64,000 nucleotides of DNA from Paraphysomonas bandaiensis (taxonomy: Eukaryota > Protista > Chrysophyceae): contig CBFFRP010000149.1 of the NCBI GenBank assembly GCA_965644295.1, positions 1-64,000 of the forward strand. Reading direction: 5' to 3'. Positions 10,942 to 24,500 of the stretch are shown here, piece by piece (within the stretch, counting starts at the first letter, position 1; the number at the start of each line of letters is the position of its first letter). Below the pieces are notes generated by a model that saw only the letters and a program-made list of their open reading frames with translations, was not told where the DNA came from and searched no databases. The translations under genes and the position numbers were made by a program.

Positions 10942-13778
10942 CAGGCTTGCGTAACCATTAATGGCCATTAATGGCGACGCATTGCTTCCCCCATTTCTAT
11001 GGCCATTAATTTTTTACACCCCCCCATTTTTATGGCCATTAATGGACCATTAATGGTTTGATTACTATTGCTTCTTTGCTTAATTTAGAAAGAAGTAAAT
11101 GGAAAGTGTTAATAATAATAGACTAAGTACTAGAGCTATTTAACAGCAATGATGAGCAGATATAGCTAATTCTTAAACATCATCAGCAACTCTAATATCA
11201 TCAATGGTAAATTCGTTCCATAAGAATTTATTGCACCGCAAAAAGAGTAGCAGCTCCAAATGCTGGGGTTCCATTAGCTTGCGCTGGTCTCTCATAATAA
11301 GCTTTGATCTGCTAAATAATCGCTCAACAATATTGGAAGTCGTCACCAAATGATTCATGGAGCGATATTTAGTGGCTCTCCTGCTGTTCTTTGCCTTTTT
11401 TGCCACAGCTTCTCTCACTATATCTACAGCAAATCCCCCCCGTTTCATCATCGCCACTGCTATTTTCATCCTTATGAGCCGCAAGGAGATAGCCCTTAAC
11501 GGTTTTAGCTTCTGCAACAGTCAGAGTATTCTCCAGTTGGCTTTGGATCTTCGAATATTGGGTCAGTTGTAATGGTAGCATTTTAGCACCAAGATACTGT
11601 TCTATATCTGGAAAGTTTTCAATAAGTTTGTCGAACATGCTACACACAACATCATAATGATCTACAGACGATTTCTGCAGCATCAATGCGACTTCGTTGC
11701 ACTTTTAGCAAAAAGTCTGATGTTACTTGCGCGATCCGTCGGTGCTGTGGTACAGAAGGTAGTAAGTCTGTAACATCGTCATTGAAATTATATCACAAGT
11801 CAACACAGGAGTAAGTAACAAACACCGCTTCCATGAATGATGGACAGAGTTCCAGTGTGTGTCATTCCTAAGACAAGCAGCATATAACCAGATACTTTTC
11901 GTAACCTTGATGAATTCTTCAAGGTTCGTAGTTCCTTCATAAGATTTTGCACTACGTCTTTGAACCTGCGCCGCACAATTTTGCAGATGTGCAGACATGG
12001 ATCCGACTCATCATTCTCGAAAAAAGCTTTGTAAATTGTAGGGCCGTCGTATAATTTGCTCATTTATTAAAACGGTGCATTGAACTGAAAATTTATGGTA
12101 ATCCTGCTGCATATATTAGACTAAACCATAGTCTGTAACCATAGTCTGTAACCAATGATATAAAGTGGAATTATTACAACACTGAGCAAAGCAATGACGG
12201 ACCCCTCTATTCTATAGTTTGCTTAGATAGAGTATCAGCATGTGTGTACAACTCACTTGCTAACGAGTTACAGAACTATAATAATCGATACTCTTTGTAT
12301 CTATCGAACAAATACTACAATACGCATGGAATGTATTATGCGAATCACAGCCGAACGCAAACGAGCTACACTTTACTCTTTCGCCTAGATGCCCTCCACT
12401 ATCATGCCGATGAGGCCACATCCTCACTTTAATATGCGAATTGAATACATCACATGCTGAAAACATCTTACTGTAGTCGGAGCACACAGGCACAGCATTG
12501 GTGGTAGACTTCGTAGGTGATCTATGATAAGCATTGAACAAGGCGGTATATTTCTTGCCATCCTTGGTATAAGAATGAACTATGAGTTCTTTACGCTGTT
12601 GATTCCACAGCCCATTCCACAGTCCTCGCTTATTTACACCTTCACGAACTTCACGAGTGAGTGCTTGGAAGCGCTGTGGATTCACAGCTCCAATATCTTA
12701 CTTTCTTCCTTGCAAGCCCTTCTCTAGCAGCTTCGTCAAGATAATACGAGTCGACTATCCATTAAAAATTTAGTTGTCACAATTACCATTAATCGTATGC
12801 CAAGAGATTCAATCCTTGGATAGCAATCCCTCAAGTGGTCTCAGTACCATATAAGTTGATCAGCAAAGGTCGCGAATGACGTATTACACCATTTCGGGCA
12901 TGTTGTTCTCCATAAATTCGAATCCAAATTGCAAGAGGCTTATATATAGAACACTACATTACTGCTCCACAGTCATATGTCAAGTCGGCAGGGTGAATAT
13001 CCTGTGCTATATTCGTCACAAGGGATACTGTAACAAAACTATTCGATACTGTAACAAGAATATCTTGAGGAAGTTGACAGTGCGCTAATTAAACGTAGGG
13101 TATCGATCTGCATCAACCGTATGAGGCAGATTGAATGACTCATTGGCCAAATCAATTGGTGTTCAAGGCCCAATGAGCTGTATCGCATAGGTTCTTTGCG
13201 TCGAGCACAATGTGTAGACAGAGCTACATGGCTCATATGGCATGGAACACAACAGCGGCTTCGAAATGGGACGGTGTGTGTGTGTTGAGTGGAATAGAGT
13301 GGGCGGAGGTAACGGTGAAACGGAGGATCTCTGCGGTCGGCACCATGTGTAGACTAGAATGAGCGATGATGGAACTGGGGGAGGTTTGTGTGTCAGAGCA
13401 ACACTATTTGTAGTGTGTTATTGGGGGTTTGTTGGGCGTCCACGCAAAGACCTGAATGTGCAGGTGTTTGGTAGTTGTGGTGAATGGGATAATTTGTATT
13501 TGTAGTGTGGTCACCGTGAGGTGGATGTGGTCAGGTGGACCGAGGTAGAGCGTGTAATAAGAAGTTTTCTTAAATGGTGCCTGTATCTTCCTAGAGCTAG
13601 GAAAAGTCGTATATAATATATTAATAACTAACAATGGAGGGAAGGTCGTGGCTTGTCACGTATTCTTACATGGTGCTAACGTATTCTTAGATACTAACTA
13701 ACGGATATTGCCATTAATGGCCAGTAATTATTTTTTTCCTTTTTATGAGGGAAGGCCATTAGTAGTTACGCATGCCTG
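10942..13778 (-). mobile_element. hAT transposon, defective, with nested insertions
   Basis: TIRs caggcttgcgtaac / gttacgcatgcctg. 8-bp TSD aatgtggc at 10934-10941 and 13779-13786. hAT dimerisation motif TSNIVERLFSRSKLIMRDQRKLMEPQHLELLLFLRCN at 11173-11517. Confidence 0.92.
12260..12900 (-). pseudogene. piggyBac-like transposase remnant nested in the hAT element
   Basis: IVDSYYLDE (~12745) and PVCSDYSKMFSACDVFN resemble the second and third catalytic Asp regions of piggyBac-type transposases. Interrupted by stops. Confidence 0.55.
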
Positions 13779-15699
13779 AATGTGGCGCTGCTTCAGTGCA
13801 CTGTTCGGGCCTTGGGCATAGGTAAAGTTGCCACTTCCGTTCTTAATGATGATTGTGAGTTTCGCCATGATCGTGTGTCCCAGGACTCACTGGCGCGTGT
13901 GACCAGGGGGGTTCGTTCCCCGGTAATGCTCCAGTGCCATAAACCCGCCGTGAGTACTCAAATAATTAAATTTTGTCGTCCAAGAAGTCGATCAACTTTT
14001 GTAAAGAGGGGCGAGGATGATTTGGGTCTCGATGACTTTCCATCCTGCTGATGCCTGCTAACGGTGTGTGCTAACGGCCTTGAGGTATGATGTGCGTTCA
14101 TAATTTTGGCGTATCTGGACTTATCTATACCAATATCTATTCAAGATAATTCGCCCGTTATACACGAGCTGAACCGTTATACATCTTTTGTCGAGCTCAT
14201 CGGTCCAGAGAACACAACACTTTTTTCTTGTCTACAGCATTCATCGCGATAAATGCTGTGCTTTTCTTCGAGATATCCTTGTCGATCGCCGTACTTCCAC
14301 CGATTGATTTCAAACTATCCAAGCAAACAAATGTAGTAACCACTTCAACCCATGGTTAGGGTTAAGATTTAACGAATTCGTGCTACTAAATCGAACAGGT
14401 GCAACTCGTGTGCCAAATCTCCCACAGAGTACCTGACAAAGAACATATATGTTGGAGGTATGCCTCGTTTGCAGCGGGAGCACACGAGCCATTGAAAAGG
14501 AAAATCACAAGGCTTGACTGGTCGATCAGGGTTTCGCCGATATACCCGGTATCAATGAGACACACTAAAAACGAGCCATCATATCACTAAAGTTTATTAT
14601 ATCAGTGTTTGCGCAAACGTATGCATCCTACTACACTTAATATGCTGTTGTTTGTATGCGAGCTTATTTCAAAATATATTGGATGAATATGGTGATGATG
14701 ATGTCACCGATGATGGCTCAGAAGATAAGTATAAGGAAACTTTTAATTAGTTTGATTAACAAGTAATTAAGTGACCTTAGACCATTATAATGACAAGTAC
14801 TAGAAAGTACGGATGTGTTTACTTTTATACTGATTATTTACTTATATTGCAATAGTATTGTAGGGCCGGTTTAAAAATTCTATCAATACTATTAATTTGA
14901 TGGAACGCTATATCTAACAATAGTATTGCAGTATATTTTCTCCTATCCATTAGGTCAAGCATAATAACTTATGATGTGTTGTCGTCGTGACTCATTGCCA
15001 CAATTTACTATAATGAGATCTGCCCGCGAAAACAAACTACATCTGTGCTGCGCCTGCAAGGGCTCAGAAACAGCCCTGTCAACAGCGATACATCGTGAAC
15101 GACAACTTCGGCGCTGGACAGTCAGATGCTTCACCTCGATATTGGGCACGGTTCTCACAACGATCCTTTCATCATGTATTAATATATCGTACATAACAGT
15201 ATCATTGTACTGGACACATATCTTGTGTTTTTTGAACAACCATATGATATATATATCGTATAACATATATTACCTTTTACCATTCATTATTGTATCATTA
15301 TGTTATATATCGCATCATACAGCACAGCATATCGTATGTATCATGCTGCATCACATTTTACAGTGCCCATTCACCTGCTACTATTACATTATTCTGAATA
15401 ACACACTAGTAGGCATTCTATCTTGCTTCTAAAGTAGGTACTTTTCAAGGTGAAAAATTGTTAGCAAGTGAGGTCGTGTCGGCGTGCAAGTATATACTGC
15501 TCATATTATTACTTTTTTCTAATATCATTGCAGGTATGTAATGAAGTATATTCGAAAATTGAAGACTAAGATTAAATGCTGTCACGCCAAGTTGTTTCCC
15601 AAACAGTTTTCGTGGGCGACTGCATCATTTTGACGGAAATTAGCTGAAGCATTGGTAAGTATTTATTAGTGCACCAACTGATGTCATATTCTGTTGAAA

Positions 15700-16480
15700 A
15701 GGCTATCAGTTGAAGTGCACAATACTTCTACTTCTTAGCAGATGATTGGGAGCTAGTTTTCGCTTTGGTTCGTATTTGTCGTGGTATGTATATTTGCTGG
15801 TTCTAGCTAGTAATTGCCGTTAATTTTTACTCTATACTATATGTCTTATTTTAATCGAATACATACTTTGTCTTTTGTCTTTTCATTCATGATACAGATC
15901 TGCATTACTCTTGCTTTTATATTATTTCCTATGTGCAATGTATATATAATATTATACTGTGTTCTCACAAACAAAATTTAGAACGGAAGTGGTGGCACTT
16001 GGTGCTTGCGGCGACGCACAAACAGCTTCTGTAGCGTTAAATAGTAGGATAATGGAATTTGTACGGATTAGTTATGGGTAGAGGTCTAACTAGAGCATGA
16101 CTAGCATTCAACTAACCACTATATTGGTACAGGTTTCTAACGCCTATTGCTAAATAAAAAGACGTTTAATTATTGTGTTTATTATTAATTATAGTACCTC
16201 TAGGTCGTATTGGTATTATATTTTTAGGTAGTACCTATTGGTATTATTGATACATTTAGGCAGTACCTATAGGCACATTTTAATATAAATAGGGATACCT
16301 ATCAGTAGGAAATTTAGAGGTCATAGGTACCACCTATAGGGAGACCATTACGTACGTGTATTAGGGAGTGCCTTTAGGTATTCTGGGTAGCTGTAGGTGG
16401 CACCTATTCGAAAACCTATAGGTACCACCTATTGCTCGAAAATGTACCTATAGGTACCTACCTATAGGCACTCAGAGGGA
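15700..16480. repeat. DNA-transposon-like end with clustered (gta)cctatagg palindromes; inverted copy at ~30316-30727
   Basis: 15710-16350 is the reverse complement of 30320-30727. Many cctatagg variants lie in 16195-16470. Confidence 0.7.
15964..16170 (+). mobile_element. Tail-only copy of the LINE/retroposon 3' end
   Basis: Matches 43855-44044 and is absent from the homologous site near 30485. Flanked by actgtgtt / attgtgtt, a probable TSD. Confidence 0.75.
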
Positions 16481-18503
16481 GTTTTTGTTGAAAGAGACAA
16501 GTGAGTTTATGTTAGCTATATGTTATCCCAGGTCCACATTTGTAATCTTTTCTTCAAGCATTGGCTCTAAATGTATTTCAATTTTAGAAGCCAGGTCACG
16601 GTTATGGGAAACGATAATGGTCAATATTGAAGTAAGAGACTGCTTGCATTGGGTATATAAGGCTGCTAATGCGACTTCCTCTGACGGAGCCTGATTCTTC
16701 CATAATTTTTTATTTTACATAATCAGATGCATGAAGTTGATCAAGACGACCAAGAATTTTCTTAGTCAGTTCTGCCAGGACTATATATATATATATCCAT
16801 CCGGCTGGGCGATGAGCTTCGTTAATTGGGCATTGGCAACTGCATCATCACTTGTGAATTAAGTGGCTTACTTGTTGGCTAGTAGTTGAGAATTTTTCTT
16901 CGATACATATGCATATGCCTTTTCAACTCATATGCACCAACGCTAGTTGCATGCTCAGGATACTTAGGATACACTACAAGTGTTTAGTTTCCCTCGTTAT
17001 CAGTGGTATAATAAGGGTCTAGGGTAATGCGAAACTCCAATAGATGTGGAGCAATTTCACATAATGGGCAGTTACATATCGCACGACTAATATGACCACA
17101 TCTATCACACTGACCAGATGGTGGAACAGGAACCTCCAATTAGACAGCATCGCTGCAACGATGAACGAGAAGTTGCTGCAGTGTATCGTCCGTTAGGCAA
17201 ACAGGGCAGCGAAGGCATTGTAGGCCATCGTCATTTTGTACCATTTTAGCAGCCAAACATATAAAGCAGTCTTCTTTCTCCTCAAGGATGTTAGGATGAG
17301 GTTTTCTGTTTTGTTTGGAGCGACCCACAAACAAGGCCCTTGTATCTTGTGTTGTGTTGGTGGCAGCCTGGGCAGCGAACTCCACCCATCAGAGAACGTG
17401 GCAACATATACCTCATCATCAACAGCACCAGCTACCGGATTCTCGCTCGGAACAGATGTATTATCCATGGGAGTTGTCTTTTACTTGGAAACATGGCTCT
17501 AACGGAGATCGCTGAGGTCATTTTGAGTCGATATTAAGTGTTGTTAATATTCAGATAGAGAGTGAAAATGAAGTTTAAATCAAGTTACTAACTATTAACC
17601 GAAATGTAATATCATTGCGGCCAACTACAACATACACCACATTTGTTATATATATGTTATATATCATGAAGCACACACACACAAACATTGCTGCAGAAGA
17701 ACTTCATGTAAACACTTATTGTCGTATGCCTCATCCCCTGATCATTCTTCTTCAAAACATATCGAATGACAAATCATCCAGGGGACAGTCTTCATCTAGT
17801 AGGGATGTATGATTGTCACGAGCACTTCATGATAATGGGATTGTGTGATCCCCACTGTGGTCAATGTTTGGGTGAATTTCCTGCCTGATTACAGCAGAAA
17901 ATCGATCAAATTAAGTTTCTCCAGTGGGTAGAACAACACAATGGTATATTCCAAATAGTTAAAATATTAAGATTGTTAACTAGGATGTGATGTATGTGTA
18001 GATGTGAAGAGCCCGCCATCCTCATTCGATCTAAATAATAATATCACACACCTAGAGAACAAAAAAACGGGAAAACGGGTGCCGCCCCTCCAATCAGATT
18101 AGGATTACCCTACCCTATAGAAAAGTCCCATCATGAAATTTTTAAAAAAAAACAGGAATATTGCTATATATACCAGTGGTATATGCACAGAGATATATAA
18201 AAAAATATTAAAAATAAAGTTATGTTATCCCTATATACATTTTACGTACAGTACGTTTGATATCATTCTGCCGTGGTCACACATCCAATGCACGAGGATA
18301 CTCTATTCACAACAACTCGTCACAAAACCAACCAGAGGATTCAAGACATACTGTGAATTATATGTCATAGGCCCTTTGGTTCTACATGCGCATTGGAAAC
18401 TCGTCGTTCCGCACGATATTGTTTTCATGAATTATTGATGTCGGCAGTGTTGTTTTTACCTGTGGAGTAATTTGATAATAACCAAGAATATTAAAGGCGT
18501 ATT

Positions 18504-21500
18504 ATGATACGCAAAAAGGTGTGGTATTCGATAATTCAAGTAATATGTCTCATTGAAACGGCAGAATTGTGATTTACATAAAACTACTGCTTGTGCGGGA
18601 GTCGCCGCTTTCACACTTAATGTAACTCGTAAAATTGACGTTAATACTCGAGACGGTGTAGGAAATACCCCTATTGTTTACGCCATATTAGGCGGAAATA
18701 TGGAGGCCGCAAGGGAACTTCGATTACTGGGTGCCAAGTTAGATGGTATCTGCAGGGTAGGTGCTTTTGAAGATCTTGACATCGATAATTTTCTGTCAGA
18801 ATGGGGGGTCAGCACTTCATCTTGCCGCAACGAAAACTGATACAGCATGGCTACAGTGGGCTATAAGCGAAGGTGGAAATTTGGAAGCTAAGACAACGGT
18901 CCGTTGGCGATTTTTGTACTGAATTATCTTACCCTATGTAGGTTGGGAGAACGCCATTCCATGTGGCCTGTCAATTTGGAAACCTAGAAGGGGCTAAGTA
19001 TTTGATGGGCTTAGGCGTTGACATCAGTGCGGTTTGTATGGTAGATATGTTTTGCTTGCAATATGCACTATCATGTTTTTGGCTTTGTAGAACGGAGACA
19101 CCGCTACACATCTCTGTGCTAGCAGTGGAAACACAGAGCTCCTGTCAATGCTGATGAAATCACTGGACGTCGAAAGAATTGATCACCCGAATAAGGTAAC
19201 TTCTTTATTCGACATGATACCTATGTATATTGATTATTATCAGATCGGGTGGTCTCCTTTGCACGTGGCTGCAAATTATGGACATGTTGAATTGACCCGT
19301 GCTCTGATCTCAGCCGAAGTAGATGTCCATAGAAAAGGCATGGTAAGCGTGATCTAATACCAATGTGTTGCGTAGAGTTTCTTACAATGTATAGGACGGA
19401 CGTAATGCACTTGACGTGGCTTCTTCCGGTGGATGGGATGATGTTGTAGAGGTTCTCGTCGCAGCCATGGCAGCTCGCCCTTTTGACGGACATATTCGTT
19501 TGGATGAGGTAAGTATTCACTGTACATAGTGCACACTACACCGGAGGTCTACATCTCATTTTTGCACTATTCAGATCAGGAGTTCGAAACGCATATGCGG
19601 TCGTCGTAGCCTTGGAGAGAAGTGTCCAACTACCGCGAATTTAAAATCGTCTGAGCCTCAGGGACTGCTGAAAGACCTTCTTGAGCGACAACGATCACGC
19701 TTGGAAGAGCTCGAAATGAAAAGCTCGGGTGGTAAACTACCGAAATATGATAGCAAGACGAATGTACAGCAAACTTGCGTACGCCTACCCGCACCTACTG
19801 CTGTTGTCCCCATTAACAACAAGTCTACGCGCCCATCAAGCCGAAATGGTACTATCTCTGGACCTTCTCCTGGGGTAGATATCGTTACCATTTCTGGTGA
19901 AAGGTTGACCTCTTCGTCTCTGGCTATTGATACTTGCCCTTCATCAAATATAAGCGAAGGTCAATTAAAATCTTCTGTTCTGACATTTCAACTTTCTGCT
20001 TGTCCTCTAACGGCCGCTGGAGAAAGTTCGACATCTTCTTCAACCCCCACGCATTTTGATATCAGCAGCAATGATAGGGCCGATAACGCATCTCCGATCC
20101 CTCAATTGCCTCATTCTCCGTTGCGTGCTGTTACAACTGTTGGTAAAGGATTGACGTCTTCTGCACCATCAGATGATTCTCATCATGTTTCTCCTATCAA
20201 TTGTCATAGTGCAGATGACGAAACACCGGTCGTTTCGTTGCCTCTTTCTCCATTAAATGCTGTTACAACCTCTTCGACACCATCAATTGAGAATTCCATT
20301 TCTTCTATCAATGATCATAGAGCTGATGACGAATTGCCGGACCATATGTTGCCATCTCCGTTAAATGCTATTACATCTTTGTCACCATCAATTGATTCTC
20401 AGTCAATATCTCCGGTCAGTCATTTTAAAGCTGATAAGGAAACACCGATCCCTTCATCGCCTCCTCCGTTAAATACTAGTGCAGCTACAGGAGTAATATC
20501 GTCTCCACGACCCTCTCTCATACCTATTCCTGTTGGGTCTTCGATAAAGTCTGCATCAGGAGAACGCAAAAGAAACATCCCAACAGACATCGTTTCAGTG
20601 GGTAGAGACCACGGAGGAGTAGGGTTACTGAAGGGTGGCAAGTCAACAATTGTCCAGCAGCCAATGACTGAGCGTCGCGTTCGAAGGAAATCATTGGATG
20701 CCAAGATTGTCGGTTCAAAGCAGCAAATGAGCTTCCGTGAGGTGATCGGTAGTACTGGAATTGATGACGAGCATACAGATCAGTCGGGTCCATCCAGGGA
20801 GGCTATTGAGAGGGGATTGGATGGGATGGCGTATGTAATCATTAAAGGTATCTGTGCAGCAGCTGCTGCAGTTGTAGCGTCCAGTGAGAATTCATCGTAC
20901 CTGACCCAACGCCGCAATAACAGTGCTGGATCTCTTCGCAGCTCCGCTGATGTTGCTGCAGCTATATGTCATGACTATTCCATTGAGAGTAACCAGGCAA
21001 CAAATATGCCCGCCGCCACATTTACTCCGGTGTCCTCTTGCAGTGAATCGCCTGTGCAACTGCGTCATGACGACTTACCCAGCCCATCTATAGGATGTAT
21101 TATAAGTGACACAGTTGAGATCCGTTCTACCGATATCGCCAGTACCGGTGCTGATCCTCTTGGACTACAATGTTTTTCACCTATTGTGCAGAATATAAAA
21201 TACTCGCCGTCTTTAAGTTCTTCTGTAGTATTAGAAGATGGTGCCGAAACCCAAATCGATAGTCCTGCAGATGGAAGCGATTCAGCTTCTGAAATTTTTT
21301 ATTCCAGTGCCGATAATACTCTGCCAGCACCCCCCAGGGAGGCCATTGAGAGGGGATTGGATGGGATGGGGTATGTAATCATTAAAGGTATCTGTGCAGC
21401 AGCTGCTGCAGTTGTAGCGTCCAGTGAGAATTCATCGTACCTGAGCCAACACCACAATAGCAGTGCTGGATCTCTTCGCAGCTCCGCCGATGTTGCTGCA

Positions 21501-24500
21501 GCTATATGTCATGACTATTCCATTGAGCGTAATAAAAAAACAGCAATTCCATTGCACACTATCGAAAACGAGACTTCTTCCACCACATCAGCACTTCAGT
21601 TGAAGCGTGATTCATCACCCACTGTCTCGAATCCTGTTTCCGCGCGTAGTGTATCTCCTGTGAAGAAGGCATCTACACTTGGTCGGTCGAGTTCTACCCC
21701 GACGAGTGGTGTAAAGGAGACAGTTGCGGATAAGGTGAAGCGTGATTCATCACCCACTGTCTCGAAGAATCCTGTTTCCGCGCGTAGTGTATCTCCTGTG
21801 AAGAAGGCATCTACACTTGGTCGGTCGAGTTCTACCCCGACGAGTGGTGTAAAGGAGACAGTTGCGGATAAGGTGAAGCGTGATTCATCACCCACTGTCT
21901 CGAAGAATCCTGTTTCCGGGCGTAGTGTATCTCCTGTGAAGAAGGCATCTACACTTGGTCGGTCGAGTTCTACCCCGACGAGTGGTGTAAAGGAGACAGT
22001 TGCGGATAAGGTGAAGCGTGATTCATCACCCACTGTCTCGAAGAATCCTGTTTCCGGGCGTAGTGTATCTCCTGTGAAGAAGGCATCTACACTTGGTCGG
22101 TCGAGTTCTACCCCGACGAGTGGTGTAAAGGAGACAGTTGCGGATAAGGTGAAGCGTGATTCATCGCCCACTGTCTCGAAGAATCCTGTTTCCGCGCGTA
22201 GTGTATCTCCTGTGAAGAAGGCATCTACACTTGGTCGGTCGAGTTCTACCCCGACGAGTGGTGTAAAGGAGACAGTTGCGGATAAGGTGAAGCGTGATTC
22301 ATCACCCTCTGTTGTGGAGGAGATTGTTTTTCCTCATGTTGGGTCTACTCATGATGATTGTTGTGAAACTGGTGTGACTGAGAGTAAGGCAATTTCAGAA
22401 TCACCTGTATATGAACCCGTGTCTTTATCTGAAATCGTCGCGGAAGAATCTTCTATTGGGATCGGCAGTGTAACCGATGGTATTAATGAGAAATCCTGTT
22501 CTCCGCAGACTGAGTTAGAGTTTGACAGCTCCAATACTAGTATTTATCGAGGAAAGAAACCTGTTGGCTTCTCCAGAGACCGATATCTGTCGAAGGTGCC
22601 AAGCCGACCTGTGGAGAGCGATGATGAGTCCTCTGATGATGTACACTCGGTGTCCAACACAGACTCAACGGTGGCTTCTGTAGTTGAAGCTAAGATTGAG
22701 GGTCACGAACCACTTGAATCATACGATTCGACTTGCGATTTGCAAGAAGTGTCTTCTAAAGGTTCACCGAGTAGATGTCCTGATTCAGATATCACAGATG
22801 AAAATGTGATACAGGATTCTCCTGAGGAATATTCTATCGAAGCGACAAGTCGTAAAGTTAGACTTGCCAAAATAAAAGATAAGAAAGCAAGACTGGAAGC
22901 TGCTCGAAATATTGATAGTGGTGTGTATTCTAATTGTATTGATAACTTCTCTGTTGTAACTCTTTTTATCAGGCTTGGAATCTACTACTACGTTGCAAGG
23001 TGATGAATTGGAGCCACAAATAGATAGCTCTGTGGATGTATCTGCCCACGATATCAGTGGAAATTTTGTCGATACGTTTCGCAATGTTAGCGACGTTATT
23101 GATCCCGTGGGGAAGGAGTCACGACCTGATAGTGTGAACTGCAACGAAGACCTTAAAGATACTATTTTTGTAGATAAGGGTGACAATACGTATTTTACAA
23201 ATGAGCAGGAGCTGAAAAATGATCGCGCTGGGCGAGGAAAAAAACCTGTTGGCTCGTATAGGGATAGATATTTGTCGCAGTTGTCAAGCAGACCTGTGGA
23301 GAGCGATGATGAGTCCTCTGATGATGTACACTCGGTGTCTGACACAGATTCAATAGTGGCCTCCGTAGTTGAAGCTAAGATTGAGGATCACACCGCATCC
23401 TGTACACCACACAAAGGATCGCAGGAGAGATGCACTGATTTTGATATCACAGAGGTAGTTGTGGTGCTGGATACTCCGGAGGAAAATATTTCCTCTGCAA
23501 TTTCTCAGTCGTCGGATGACAATGGTAGTGAAAGTGACAGAATAAAACGTAATGTTGCAGATCCATGCTTACTCTCAGTCGCCGAGAAAGCAGCACTCTT
23601 TAGTGGTGGGAGTAACTTGTCGAAACGCATGGTCCCAAGTGGTAACGATAAATTAGTGGATAAAGACACAGCTTCTTGTGGGGATGATATGTCTCTTAAT
23701 GAGATGAACTCAAGTGTGCATGATACTGCCTTGCCTTTTGGAGAGCAAATTAATTCCGATGGAACCGTGAACGATCTTGATGATGCTTTAAACCTACCGC
23801 AAGCTCAAGAAGAATCTGAGTCTTGCATCACCGTTGCAGGACGAATAGCGCTGTTTGATAGACAGCGATTAAAAGCTGAGGAAGTCAGTAGTGAAGACAG
23901 CGACGATGACATTCAAAAGCAAATGGAACGTGCTGAAAGAGCAATGAAGGCCCATATTTCGGAAAATTTGTCAAGAACTACAAATGCCGATAAAAGTATA
24001 CACAATAAGTCAGAGGAATTTCCGTTGGGAATATCAAGTGCTAGTGAATGCAACTCGGGTAATGATATCAGTGCTTCACCATGTGAGGTAGATTCCGCTG
24101 CTCACGAAAACAGTTACCATCGTGAAGAGGATGAAACAACTGGAGCATCTTCTGCCATACGCAGCCCCGATATCGATTCTGATGGTGGCAATGACTCATT
24201 GGGTGAAATTTTAATGAAACACGAAACAACTCCAGAAATAAATGAAGATGAATATGTGACGCCTGCTATGCCTGATGAAATAAGTGGGAATAATAGTACC
24301 GCTTTAAGCCATAACTCCAATGAAAAAGTTACACCCGATTTTGACAGTGAGGCGAGCAATCATATTCCGAAAGAACCATCACTCGCCCGCAGGAGATTTA
24401 GTAGAGCTATCACTGCTGTTCGTGCGGCGAACCGTCTCAGTGGAGGTATGCTTTCCAGACACAACAAGCCGATAAATGAGCGTGTCAAGGAATCTGGCGA

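Larger units (their letters stand above)
10587..13912 (-). mobile_element. LINE-like 3' fragment (10587-10941, resuming 13787-~13912), split by a hAT insertion
   Basis: Reverse complement of 51210-51642. The sequence resumes colinearly after the hAT TSD. Confidence 0.75.

Noticed and set aside
14955-15432. Overlapping 103- and 153-aa ORFs
   Set aside because: Low-complexity, no recognisable motifs, and next to transposon-derived DNA.
16485-17540. Possible minus-strand gene relic with CxxC pairs
   Set aside because: The frames are broken and no family could be recognised, so it is unsupported.
21596-22171. 191-aa minus-strand repetitive ORF
   Set aside because: It is the antisense shadow of the 138-bp coding repeat.
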